64,000 bases of DNA from Longimicrobiales bacterium (GTDB lineage: Bacteria > Gemmatimonadota > Gemmatimonadetes > Longimicrobiales > Gaopeijiaceae): the NCBI GenBank assembly GCA_965203485.1, contig OZ241892.1, forward strand, positions 64,001-128,000, read 5' to 3'. The translations under genes and the position numbers were made by a program. Under the pieces are notes generated by a model, which did no database searches, was not told where the DNA came from, and was given only the letters and a program-made list of their open reading frames with translations. Positions within the stretch are counted from its first letter, which is position 1. Each line of letters begins with the position of its first letter. Positions 10,282-19,377 of the stretch are shown here, piece after piece.

Positions 10282-11625
10282 ATGAACCCACACGCTTACC
10301 AGACCAGCCACCCCTGGATCAACTTCTCGATCAACCTGGACCGGGCTTCGCCCCGGCTGTGGGCCTTGCTGGGGCAAGCCGTGGCCTTCTGCGAACAGGT
10401 CTCGGGGGCGGTCTTGACGCCGCGCGCCGCTGGGGGACTCTACCGGACGTACCTCGTCAAGGGCGCCAGGGCGACCACCGCCATCGAGAACAATCCGCTG
10501 ACGGAGGAGCAGGTAGGCCAGGCGCTCGACGGGACCCTCGACCTGCCGCCGTCGCGGGCGTATTTGGGACAGGAAGTGCGCAACATCTTGGACGCCTGCG
10601 AGGACATTCGGGACCAGATTCTGGCCGGAGCCGCCCCGCGGCTCACGCGAAAGTGGATCGCCGACGCGAACCGGGCCGTGCTCGGGGGGATGGAGGAGGC
10701 GCTGGGAGAGGGAGTCGTTCCGGGGGAGGTGCCCGCGTTCGAGGTCGGGGTCGGCCGGTATCGGGCCGCGCCGAGGGAGGATTGCGACTACCTGCTGGAC
10801 CGCCTCTGCCGGTGGCTGGACGAGGACGACGTGCCGGGTCCGAGGACGGGGACGGCCGAGGGGACAGGGACGGCCGCAGTGGACATGCCCCAAGCAGAGC
10901 CGTCCAGCGCGTCGGACAACGGAATCCCCGCCGACGTGGCCGCCTCGACGGATTCCCCGGCGCCCGCCGGTAACGTCTTCCAGGACGCCCGCCGCCGGCG
11001 CATGGCGGAGGGCGTCCTTAAGGCGACGCTGGCTCATCTGTACATTGCGTGGATTCACCCGTACGGAGACGGCAACGGGCGGACGGCGCGGCTGGTCGAG
11101 TTCATGCTGCTGGCGCGGGCCGGAGTGCCGTTCCCGTCGGCACACTTGATGAGCAATCACTTCAACCTCACGCGCAACCGCTACTACCGTGAGCTGGACC
11201 GGTCCAGCCGCGCGGGCGGCCACGGACGCGACGCCGACCGGGGAGATGCGCTCGGATTCGTGGAGTACGCCGTCCGAGGGTTCGTGGACGGGCTCGCCGA
11301 TCAGTGCCGGTACATCGAGCAAGTGCAGTTGGGGTTGGCGTGGGAGCACTTCGTGTTCCACACCTTTCGGCAGACCAAGCAGACGCCGGCGACTCGGCGG
11401 CGAAGAGAAGTCGTGCTGGCGTTGTCTCCGCCGGACGAGCCGGTCCGGAAGCGGGACGTGCCGTCGCTCACGTCGCAGGTGGCGCGCATGTACGCCGACA
11501 AGACCGCCAAGACGCTGACTCGCGACCTCAACTGGCTGGTCGGCGCGGGCCTGATCGAGCGGGGGTCGGAGGGCTACCGGGCGCGCATGGAGCAGATGAA
11601 GGCGTTCCGGGCCTGGAGGGACTGA
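10282..11625 (+). CDS. Fic family protein with C-terminal HTH
   Basis: HPYGDGNGRTAR Fic motif; ATTAIENN; C-terminal KTLTRDLNWLVGAGLI winged helix; ends 3 nt before the MTase start. Confidence 0.92.
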   Translation: MNPHAYQTSHPWINFSINLDRASPRLWALLGQAVAFCEQVSGAVLTPRAAGGLYRTYLVKGARATTAIENNPLTEEQVGQALDGTLDLPPSRAYLGQEVRNILDACEDIRDQILAGAAPRLTRKWIADANRAVLGGMEEALGEGVVPGEVPAFEVGVGRYRAAPREDCDYLLDRLCRWLDEDDVPGPRTGTAEGTGTAAVDMPQAEPSSASDNGIPADVAASTDSPAPAGNVFQDARRRRMAEGVLKATLAHLYIAWIHPYGDGNGRTARLVEFMLLARAGVPFPSAHLMSNHFNLTRNRYYRELDRSSRAGGHGRDADRGDALGFVEYAVRGFVDGLADQCRYIEQVQLGLAWEHFVFHTFRQTKQTPATRRRREVVLALSPPDEPVRKRDVPSLTSQVARMYADKTAKTLTRDLNWLVGAGLIERGSEGYRARMEQMKAFRAWRD

Positions 11626-11628
11626 CCG

Positions 11629-14600
11629 ATGGCGCTCGAAGCCGACGCGACCTTCGCCGGAATCCACAACGAGAACGAGTTCTACAGCCACCACTACCTG
11701 TCGGAGATCTTCGCCGGCGACATCAAGGAGACGATCAAGCGGTGGCAGGACGAGGCGGGGCGAAGAGGGGCGTCGGAGGACGAGAGGCGGACCCGGACGG
11801 CCCCAAGGGACGCGCCGCCGGCGAATCCGTCGGGCGCCCGCCGAACCGCTACGCAACGCCCCGTGCCCCACGCGGCCCTCCGCGCCTTGGCGACCGACTA
11901 CGCCCGGTTTCGGGACGCCTTCGAGCGACGGGCATCTCGGCGGACGGGCGTTCGGCAGACCGCCCACCAAGTCCACGCCGACCAGATTGCCGCCCAGCGC
12001 CAGTGGTTTCGCCGCTTCCTCGGCGCTCTTGGCTACGAGGCCGACTGGGGACCAGCCAACCTCCCGCTGGACGACGGCATCGAACTTCCCGTGTTGTGCG
12101 CCGCCGGCCGTAGCAGCGCGGGCGCACCCCAGCTGCTGGTCCTGGAGGCCTACGACGCCAGCGCGGAAGGCGACGACCCGCTGTCCGTCAGGCCCCATCC
12201 CGCCCAGTTCCACGGCGAGGCGCCTCCGCCGCCGGCGCTGCTGGACGAGCGTTGGGAAGACGTGGCGACGCGCCGCGCATTCGGCCAGAAGCACCCGCCC
12301 CGCTGGCTCCTCCTGCTGTCGTTCGGCCAAGTGCTGCTGCTCGAACGAAGCAAGTGGACCCACAACCGGTTGTTGCGCTTCGACTTCGCCGAGATCCTGG
12401 GCCGCCGCGACGACCCCACGCTCAAGGCGGCCGCCGTCCTGCTCCACCGCGACAGCCTGTTGCCCCCGGACGGGCAAAGCCATGGCCTGCTGGACCGCTT
12501 GGACGAGAACAGCCACCAGCACGCCTTCGCCGTCTCCGAGGACTTGAAGTACGCGCTCCGCGAGTCGATCGAGCTGGTCGGCAACGAGGTCGTCCGGTAC
12601 ATGCGCGAGGTGCGCCACGACAAGCTCTTCGGCCTGGACGACGACGCCATGGCGGGCCAGCTGGGCCTGGAATGCTTGCGCTACATGTACCGCCTGCTCT
12701 TCCTCTTCTACATCGAGGCGCGCCCGGAGCTCGGCTACGCGCCCGTGGCCTCCGACGCCTACCGCAAGGGATACAGCCTGGAGCACCTGCGCGACCTGGA
12801 GATGGTGCGGCTCGACACGCCCGAGTCCCGCGACGGCCACTACATCCACCACAGCGTGGAGCGGTTGTTCCGGCTGGTGCGCGACGGCTTCGACGGCAGC
12901 AACTGGGGCGGCAGCGAGGACCTGCTGGCGGGCGTGGACGAGGGGCGCTCCAACGGCTCCGAGCCCGCGCTGCGCTTCGGCTTTCGCGTGCGGCCGCTGG
13001 ACAGCCGGCTGTTCCGCGAGGGATCGACGCCGCTGATCGACAAGGTGAAGCTGCGCAACGAGGCGCTGCAGAAGGTGATCCGGCTGATGTCGCTGACGCG
13101 GGCGGCGAGCGGACGCAGCGGCAAGGGCGGCGCCGGCAAGGGTCGCGGACGCGGCGCGGGCAAGCGTCGGCGCAGGGGGCGCATCTCCTACGCGCAACTG
13201 GGCATCAACCAGCTGGGCGCGGTGTACGAGGCGTTGCTGTCGTACCGGGGATTCTTCGCCGAAGAGGACTTGTACGAGGTCAAGAAGGCCGGGACCGCGC
13301 ACGACGACCTGGACGCCGCGTTCTTCGTCGGCGCCAAGGACCTGGAACAGTACTCGGAAGACGAGCGCGTCCACGACCGGGACGAGGACGGCCGCCTCAA
13401 GCTCCGCGTCCACCGCAAGGGCACGTTCGTCTACCGCCTGGCCGGCCGCGACCGCCAGAAGTCGGCCAGCTACTACACGCCCGAGTCGCTCACCCGCTGC
13501 GTGGTCAAGTACTCCTTGCGCGAGCTCGTCACCGACGACATGCCCGCCGACGACATCCTGCGCCTGACCGTGTGCGAGCCCGCCATGGGCTCGGCGGCGT
13601 TCCTGAACGAGGCCGTCAACCAGCTCTCCGAGAAGTACCTGGACCGCAAGCAGCGCGAGCTGGGCCAGCGCATCCCCCACGACCAGTACGCCGACGAGTT
13701 GCAGAGGGTCCGCCACTTCGTCACCGACCGCAACGTCTACGGCGTGGACCTGAACCCGGTCGCCATCGAGCTGGCCGAAGTGTCGCTGTGGCTCAACTGC
13801 ATCCACGAGGACGGCCACGTGCCCTGGTTCGGCTATCAGCTGGCCTGCGGCAACTCGCTGGTGGGCGCGCGCCGGCAAGTGTATCCGACGGAGAAGGTGC
13901 GCAAGGCGAAGGGCCAGAAGAAGGCGGACCTGTGGTTCAACGAAGCGCCGGAGCGCGTGGAGCCGGGGCCGGAGGCGCGCCGTCCGCCGGGCGCCGTCTA
14001 CCACTTCTTGCTGCCGGACCCGGGGATGGTCGGGTACAAAGACAAGGCCGCGAAGGCGATGGAGGCGGCCAACTTCGAGCGCATCGCGGCGTGGCGCCGC
14101 TCGTTCTTCAAGGCGTTCTCCCCCGAGGAGACGGCCGATCTCGAACGGCTCTCCGACAAGGTCGACGAACTCTGGGCGATGCACGCCGAGCAGCTGGGCC
14201 GCGACCACAGGGAGACCGAAGACACCCTGCCCGTGTGGGGCCAGCCCGCCTCCGCGCGTCCGCGCCGCACCACCAACACCTGGAAGGACCGCATTCGCAC
14301 CCAAGGCATCTTCGGCGACGGCGACGGCGTGCGGACCGCCAGTCCCTATCGCCGCCTGAAGCTGGTGATGGACTACTGGTGCGCGCTGTGGTTCTGGCCG
14401 ATCCGCGAGGCTGACCGCCTGCCCAGCCGCGACGAGTTCCTGGCCGAGATCAGCTTGGTGCTGAAGGGCGACGTCCAGCAACCCGGCGTCGGCCCCGACC
14501 AGATCGGCGACCTCTTCGGTGCCGAATACGCCCAGCACGCCGAAGAGATGGCCCGCCGGATCACCAACGAGACCGGGATGCTGGACTTGCGGAAGCTCTT

Positions 14601-16770
14601 CGCCGAGTTCCCCCGGCTGCGGTTCGTGAACGAGCTGGCGCAACGGCGCCGGTTCCACCACTGGGAGCTGGCGTTCGCGGACTTGTTCGCCGAGCGGGGC
14701 GGATTCGACTTGGTGCTGGGGAACCCGCCGTGGGTGAAGGTGGAGTGGGAGGAGAAGGGCGTGCTGGGGGAGAAGAATCCGGCACTGGTGTTGCGGAAGG
14801 TGTCGGCGAAGGACGTGACCGAGTTGCGAGGGGAAGCGTTCGAGCGGTACGCAGGGTTGCAGGGGGCGTGGCTTTTTGAGATGGAGGAGGCCGACGCGAC
14901 GCAGGCCTTCTTGAACGGAGTGCAGAACTATCCGTTGCTGAAAGGCCAGCAGACGAACCTGTACAAGTGCTTTCTGCCGCAGGCGTGGATGGCGGCCCGA
15001 CAGGACGGCGGGGTGACGGGGCTCCTGCATCCAGACGGCGTGTACGACGATCCGAAGGGCGGTGCGTTTAGGGAAGCGTTGTATCCCAGGTTGCGGGCGC
15101 ACTTTCAGTTCCAGAACGAAAAGCGGCTGTTCCCGGAAGTAGACCACCACACCGAGTTCAGCGTCAACGTGTACGGAGGCTTGCGCCGACAACCGGCGTT
15201 TCAGCACATCGCGAACCTGTTCCAGCCGCAGACCGTGGACGCCTGCATGGAGCACGACGGCCACGGCCCGGTGCCCGGCATCAAGGACGACAAGGGGAAG
15301 TGGAACGTGGCCGGGCATGCCCAGCGCGTGCTTGAAGTGGACCTGGACGCTCTGGGCAACTTCGCCAAGCTCTACGACAAAGGCGGAACCCCACCCATCA
15401 GGGCCAGACTTCCCGCGCTTCACGCCAAGACGTTGCTCGGTGTCCTGACGAAGCTGGCGGCCCATTCAAAGCGGCTGGGGGACTTGGGAGACGACGTTTT
15501 CTTTACCGGCCATTGGCACGAGACCATGGCCCAACGCGAAGGCATGATTCGTCGCGAGACGCGGTTTCCGACAACGACGAGCGAGCTAGTGCTGTCTGGT
15601 CCGCACTTCTTCGTCGGGAATCCGCTCCACAAGACGCCGCGCCGTGAATGCAAGCTGAACAGCCACTACGATGTGCTGGATCTGACTACCTTGCCGGAGA
15701 ACTACCTGCCGCGGACGAACTACGTGTCAGCGTGCTCTTCGGAAGAGTATCGGAAGCGAACGCCGAGTGTGCCGTGGAGCATAACCGGAAGGGAACGCGT
15801 GACAGAGCACTATCGCGTGATCAGCCGCGAGATGGTAGGGTCCACCGCCGAGCGGACGCTGATCACGGCCATCATCCCCGAGAGCGTAGCGTTGATACAC
15901 ACTAACGTCGCTACCGCCTTCCACAACATCTGCGACATGCTCGACTTCGCCGCACTCTCCATGTCTGTCGCGCTCGACTTCTTCATCAAGACTACGGGCA
16001 CCGCCCACGTCAGCCCTTCTTGGCTTGCCCGCCACGCCATCCTGCCCGACACCTGTCACCCGTCAATTCAATCGGCACTCCGCCTCCGAGTCCTGCGACT
16101 TTCTTGCTTGACCAGCCACTACGCCGCTCTTTGGCAGCAAGCCTGCGGCGGATACATCCGCTTCCATTCCGGCAACAACGTGATCCCTGCCATTGATGCA
16201 TTCCGCGCGGACTCCTGGGCCACTGACGACCCCCGCCTCCCAAACGACTTCTCGACCCTCGATCCCACCTGGTCCCGAGACCGCGCTCTCCGCACCGATT
16301 ACGCCCGCCGCCAAGCCCTCATTGAGATCGACGTGTTGACCGCGATGGCCCTCGGCCTTACTTTGGACGAACTCCTCACCATCTACCGGGTCCAGTTCCC
16401 CGTCATGCGCCAATACGAAGCCGACACATGGTACGACGCCAACGGCCGCGTCGTCTTCACGTCGTCGAAGGGCCTCCCCGGCGTCGGCCTGCCCCGCATG
16501 GCCGTCAAGAACGACACCACCTGGGCGATCCGCACCCCCAACGACGACCGATCCGCAATCGCCCTGGGATGGAACGACATCCGTGACTTCGACGAGGGCG
16601 TCGTCACCCGCACAGTCGCCGCCGACACCCTGCCCGGCGGCCCAGTCGAGTGCGTCATCGAATACAAAGCACCGTTTTTGCGTCCGAATCGGGAGAAGGA
16701 CTACCACCAAGCGTGGGTGGCGTTTTCAAGTCGGATGGATGAGGGCCAACGGCCGGAGCAAGTCACGTGA
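11629..16770 (+). CDS. Large N6-adenine DNA methyltransferase (Eco57I/type IIG-like, DISARM DrmMI-like)
   Basis: SASYYTP, CEPAMGSAAFL (motif I), YGVDLNP, CGNSL, FHHWELAF, GGFDLVLGNPPW (motif IV), NLYKCF; C-terminal TRD-like region. Confidence 0.92.
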   Translation: MALEADATFAGIHNENEFYSHHYLSEIFAGDIKETIKRWQDEAGRRGASEDERRTRTAPRDAPPANPSGARRTATQRPVPHAALRALATDYARFRDAFERRASRRTGVRQTAHQVHADQIAAQRQWFRRFLGALGYEADWGPANLPLDDGIELPVLCAAGRSSAGAPQLLVLEAYDASAEGDDPLSVRPHPAQFHGEAPPPPALLDERWEDVATRRAFGQKHPPRWLLLLSFGQVLLLERSKWTHNRLLRFDFAEILGRRDDPTLKAAAVLLHRDSLLPPDGQSHGLLDRLDENSHQHAFAVSEDLKYALRESIELVGNEVVRYMREVRHDKLFGLDDDAMAGQLGLECLRYMYRLLFLFYIEARPELGYAPVASDAYRKGYSLEHLRDLEMVRLDTPESRDGHYIHHSVERLFRLVRDGFDGSNWGGSEDLLAGVDEGRSNGSEPALRFGFRVRPLDSRLFREGSTPLIDKVKLRNEALQKVIRLMSLTRAASGRSGKGGAGKGRGRGAGKRRRRGRISYAQLGINQLGAVYEALLSYRGFFAEEDLYEVKKAGTAHDDLDAAFFVGAKDLEQYSEDERVHDRDEDGRLKLRVHRKGTFVYRLAGRDRQKSASYYTPESLTRCVVKYSLRELVTDDMPADDILRLTVCEPAMGSAAFLNEAVNQLSEKYLDRKQRELGQRIPHDQYADELQRVRHFVTDRNVYGVDLNPVAIELAEVSLWLNCIHEDGHVPWFGYQLACGNSLVGARRQVYPTEKVRKAKGQKKADLWFNEAPERVEPGPEARRPPGAVYHFLLPDPGMVGYKDKAAKAMEAANFERIAAWRRSFFKAFSPEETADLERLSDKVDELWAMHAEQLGRDHRETEDTLPVWGQPASARPRRTTNTWKDRIRTQGIFGDGDGVRTASPYRRLKLVMDYWCALWFWPIREADRLPSRDEFLAEISLVLKGDVQQPGVGPDQIGDLFGAEYAQHAEEMARRITNETGMLDLRKLFAEFPRLRFVNELAQRRRFHHWELAFADLFAERGGFDLVLGNPPWVKVEWEEKGVLGEKNPALVLRKVSAKDVTELRGEAFERYAGLQGAWLFEMEEADATQAFLNGVQNYPLLKGQQTNLYKCFLPQAWMAARQDGGVTGLLHPDGVYDDPKGGAFREALYPRLRAHFQFQNEKRLFPEVDHHTEFSVNVYGGLRRQPAFQHIANLFQPQTVDACMEHDGHGPVPGIKDDKGKWNVAGHAQRVLEVDLDALGNFAKLYDKGGTPPIRARLPALHAKTLLGVLTKLAAHSKRLGDLGDDVFFTGHWHETMAQREGMIRRETRFPTTTSELVLSGPHFFVGNPLHKTPRRECKLNSHYDVLDLTTLPENYLPRTNYVSACSSEEYRKRTPSVPWSITGRERVTEHYRVISREMVGSTAERTLITAIIPESVALIHTNVATAFHNICDMLDFAALSMSVALDFFIKTTGTAHVSPSWLARHAILPDTCHPSIQSALRLRVLRLSCLTSHYAALWQQACGGYIRFHSGNNVIPAIDAFRADSWATDDPRLPNDFSTLDPTWSRDRALRTDYARRQALIEIDVLTAMALGLTLDELLTIYRVQFPVMRQYEADTWYDANGRVVFTSSKGLPGVGLPRMAVKNDTTWAIRTPNDDRSAIALGWNDIRDFDEGVVTRTVAADTLPGGPVECVIEYKAPFLRPNREKDYHQAWVAFSSRMDEGQRPEQVT

Positions 16771-17624
16771 ACTGGTCACTGGAGCACTACAACTTCATCT
16801 GTTACGGAAGTGCCGACGATTCAATATTTGAGAAAGCTACTGGCAGAAGTTCGTTTCCGGCGGAACGATTGTTCGAGTACACAGACGATAGCGTGAAAGA
16901 TCGGTACGCTGATAAGACAAAACAGCTCGCAGCTTTGCCTACGGCCGTGGTGGCGGAGGTGCAACAGCCCACCACGACGCCACCAGCCTTACTGACCAAG
17001 ATCGGTAACATAAAGATTGGCAAGGAGATACACTTCGACTATCAACATTACGTATCCGGCAAGTTCACTTCTAGGCGTCTTTTTGAAACACTGAAAGATG
17101 TCGAAGAACGGGAACGCTACCGAACGCACTGGGCGGTCAAGCAGGGCAACCTAGTTGAAGAAGTATTCCAGATCATGAAATCGTTACCGGTGTATCCGAA
17201 AATGTTCAATGTGTCTGGATTGCTTCAACAACGACAAGCAATTGCTGTCATGATGCCTTTCTGTACCACCTTTGATCCAGTACATGATGCCATCAAGAAT
17301 GCTTGTGAAGATATGATCAAGCCCGTTCGAGTCGATGATCTCTATGGCCCCGACGTGATCGTAGATAGCATATTCAGAACTATCGAAGAGGCGCAGTTAG
17401 TTGTAGCGGACGTGACCAACCAAAACGCAAACGTGCTTTACGAGACGGGCTTGGCTCACGGTCGAAATCGGGATGTCGTATTCCTGACTCAGAATCCAGA
17501 TCACGTACCATTCGATCTTAACAGGATTCGCTATATCAAGTATGAATCTAACGACGAGGGATTAAAGAAGCTTACAGACGACTTGAAACAGACAATCGTC
17601 GAATGTTTGCGGAAGCATGACTAG
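16767..17624 (+). CDS. Putative defence effector: AbiJ-like N-terminal region plus nucleoside 2-deoxyribosyltransferase/TIR-like domain
   Basis: GTG start overlaps the MTase stop; RTHWAVK; AVMMPF..VRVDD..VVADVTNQNANVLYETGLAHG..PFDL; AT-rich. Confidence 0.7.
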   Translation: MNWSLEHYNFICYGSADDSIFEKATGRSSFPAERLFEYTDDSVKDRYADKTKQLAALPTAVVAEVQQPTTTPPALLTKIGNIKIGKEIHFDYQHYVSGKFTSRRLFETLKDVEERERYRTHWAVKQGNLVEEVFQIMKSLPVYPKMFNVSGLLQQRQAIAVMMPFCTTFDPVHDAIKNACEDMIKPVRVDDLYGPDVIVDSIFRTIEEAQLVVADVTNQNANVLYETGLAHGRNRDVVFLTQNPDHVPFDLNRIRYIKYESNDEGLKKLTDDLKQTIVECLRKHD

Positions 17625-17635
17625 ATCTAATTGTG

Positions 17636-18082
17636 TCATCGGGCCAGAGTTGTCGGCGATTGATGGTCCTTGGGGGCTGGTTGCCTCACATCACTGCGGC
17701 AGTCGCGCGCGAACGACGCGTCCACGTATGCGTCGAAGAGACCCCGTTGCCTTGCTTCCCCCGCCAAGTCCCTCAGCACCCGTTCGAGCACGCCCGTCCG
17801 GACCCAAGTCTGGAACGTCCGGTGCACGGTCTTGTAGTTCGGATAGCACTCCGGCAGAAAGCTCCACTGGGCGCCCGTGTGCAGAATCCACAGTACTGCC
17901 TCGAACACGTGGCGGGCGGGCACCGGCGGCCGCCCCCGCCGCTTCCCCTTTTGCGCTTCCTCGGGAAAGTGGTGGCGAATCCGCTCCCACTGCTCGTCGC
18001 TCAGCTTCACCGTCGTCATGCCTCGATGATAAAGCAACTCCCCGGCCCATCGCAACCCATCATGCTTTTTGAGATAGGTTCT
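17636..18082 (-). mobile_element. Truncated IS5-family element (N-terminal transposase ORF from ATG 18019 plus one end)
   Basis: LSDEQWERI..RGRPPVPARHVFEAVLWILHTGAQWSFLPECYPNYKTVHRTFQTW (DUF4096-like); candidate terminal IR gaacctatctcaaaa on the minus strand at ~18067-18081; DDE region missing. Confidence 0.8.
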
Positions 18083-18094
18083 AACGAGGATCCG

Positions 18095-18415
18095 ATGAGC
18101 CTTGGGGAGAAGATCCGTGCGACCCGATTGGAACGAGGCATGTCGCTTAAGCAGCTCGCGGCCAAGGTTGGGTGCTCGCCGCCGTTTGTGTCGGACATTG
18201 AGTTGGGCCGCCGATTTCCGTCGGAGGCTACATTGGCGTCGATTGCCAAGGCTCGAGAGCGGGACATGTCTGTGGACATTTTGAGCCATCGAAATCGCGG
18301 GCCCGTCGCCACCCCAAGGGTATCCGGCGTCGGCATTGCGGGTCCCTCAAAGGTCGTAGAATCGGCCCTTTGGGGAGACTACGAGGCCCGAAGGGCAAGC
18401 AATCCAGCCATGTAG
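18095..18415 (+). pseudogene. XRE-family HTH regulator, probably truncated at ~18255
   Basis: MSLGEKIRATRLERGMSLKQLAAKVGCSPPFVSDIELGRRFPSEATLASIAKA then reads through a GGACA motif into unrelated sequence. Confidence 0.7.
18262..18296 (+). repeat. GGACA-motif family copy
   Basis: ggaca-tgtctgt-ggacattttg-agccat-cgaaatc. Confidence 0.75.
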
Positions 18416-18591
18416 GCGTCCCGTCCGATGTGCGAAGTTGATCTGTGGGAGCCGGGACTCGGCCGCCCCATCATGGGCAGATCAGCCGATCAGGGGGAGA
18501 TGGCGGACATGACGCTCGTGGAAGCAACCGAAGGGAATCCGGCCCCGGTCGCGGCTTCCCGGTGGCGGAGCACGGCAATGGTGACCGGCAC

Positions 18592-19377
18592 ATGCGGCTG
18601 AGCGCCTCGCTCGAGTACCGCCAGACGATGGGCCGGGTACGGTGGGAGGGTCACGCGGTCCAGGACGCGGAGAAGTTCCAGGAGTACGTGCGTCGCGTCG
18701 TCGCTCCCCGACTGACCGCGGACGACTCGAAGTTGGCCACCGTGCTGCAAGGTCTGGCGTCGACGGAAATGGCCACCGACGCCATCGGGCGACTGCTGGC
18801 CTCCGTACGACCCTTGAAAGGCTGGGAAGTCGGAGAGACCTTCGCTGAATGCGTTCTTCGCGACGGTGTGGGCTGGCAGGTGCACTGGCCCTGGAGGACG
18901 TCCCGAGACCTCCGGAGTCCCAACGCGGGCCTTCAGGGTGCCGATTTGGTAGGGTTCGTCCAACGAGACGGCGAGATCTTTCTCTTGTTCGGCGAAGTGA
19001 AGACTTCAGGCGAGGCTCGGACTCCGCCCACGGTCATGACGGGTCCGGGCGGCTTGCCTTCCCAGCTTGAGAGGATTTCCCTCCGCCCCGATGTGCAACA
19101 CGCGTTGCTGTCGTGGCTTCGCGTGCGCTGTCGATCCCAGTTCCAGCGGGATCTCTTCGAGAAGGCGACACGTCGGTACCTGGAGTCTGGATGCCAGAGC
19201 TTCGTGCTGGCCGGAGTCCTGTTGCGGGACACCACCCCGGACGAACGCGACCTTCGCCGTCCCGCCGAAGCCCTCTCCCGCCAGCTGGCCACAGCCCCAG
19301 GCTCCGTCGATCTTGTCGCATGGTACCTGCCGACCCCGATCGAGCGTTGGCCCGCGCTGGTGGGAGAGCCGACATGA
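18592..19377 (+). CDS. Hachiman HamA-like PD-(D/E)xK nuclease (DUF1837-like)
   Basis: GWEVGETFAE, GADLVGF, LLFGEVKTS; stop overlaps the helicase ATG (ATGA). Start uncertain. Confidence 0.65.
   Translation: MRLSASLEYRQTMGRVRWEGHAVQDAEKFQEYVRRVVAPRLTADDSKLATVLQGLASTEMATDAIGRLLASVRPLKGWEVGETFAECVLRDGVGWQVHWPWRTSRDLRSPNAGLQGADLVGFVQRDGEIFLLFGEVKTSGEARTPPTVMTGPGGLPSQLERISLRPDVQHALLSWLRVRCRSQFQRDLFEKATRRYLESGCQSFVLAGVLLRDTTPDERDLRRPAEALSRQLATAPGSVDLVAWYLPTPIERWPALVGEPT

Noticed and set aside
10039..15465. 1808-aa minus-strand ORF
   Set aside because: Antisense shadow of the Fic and MTase genes; stop-poor because of GC-biased codon usage; no motifs.
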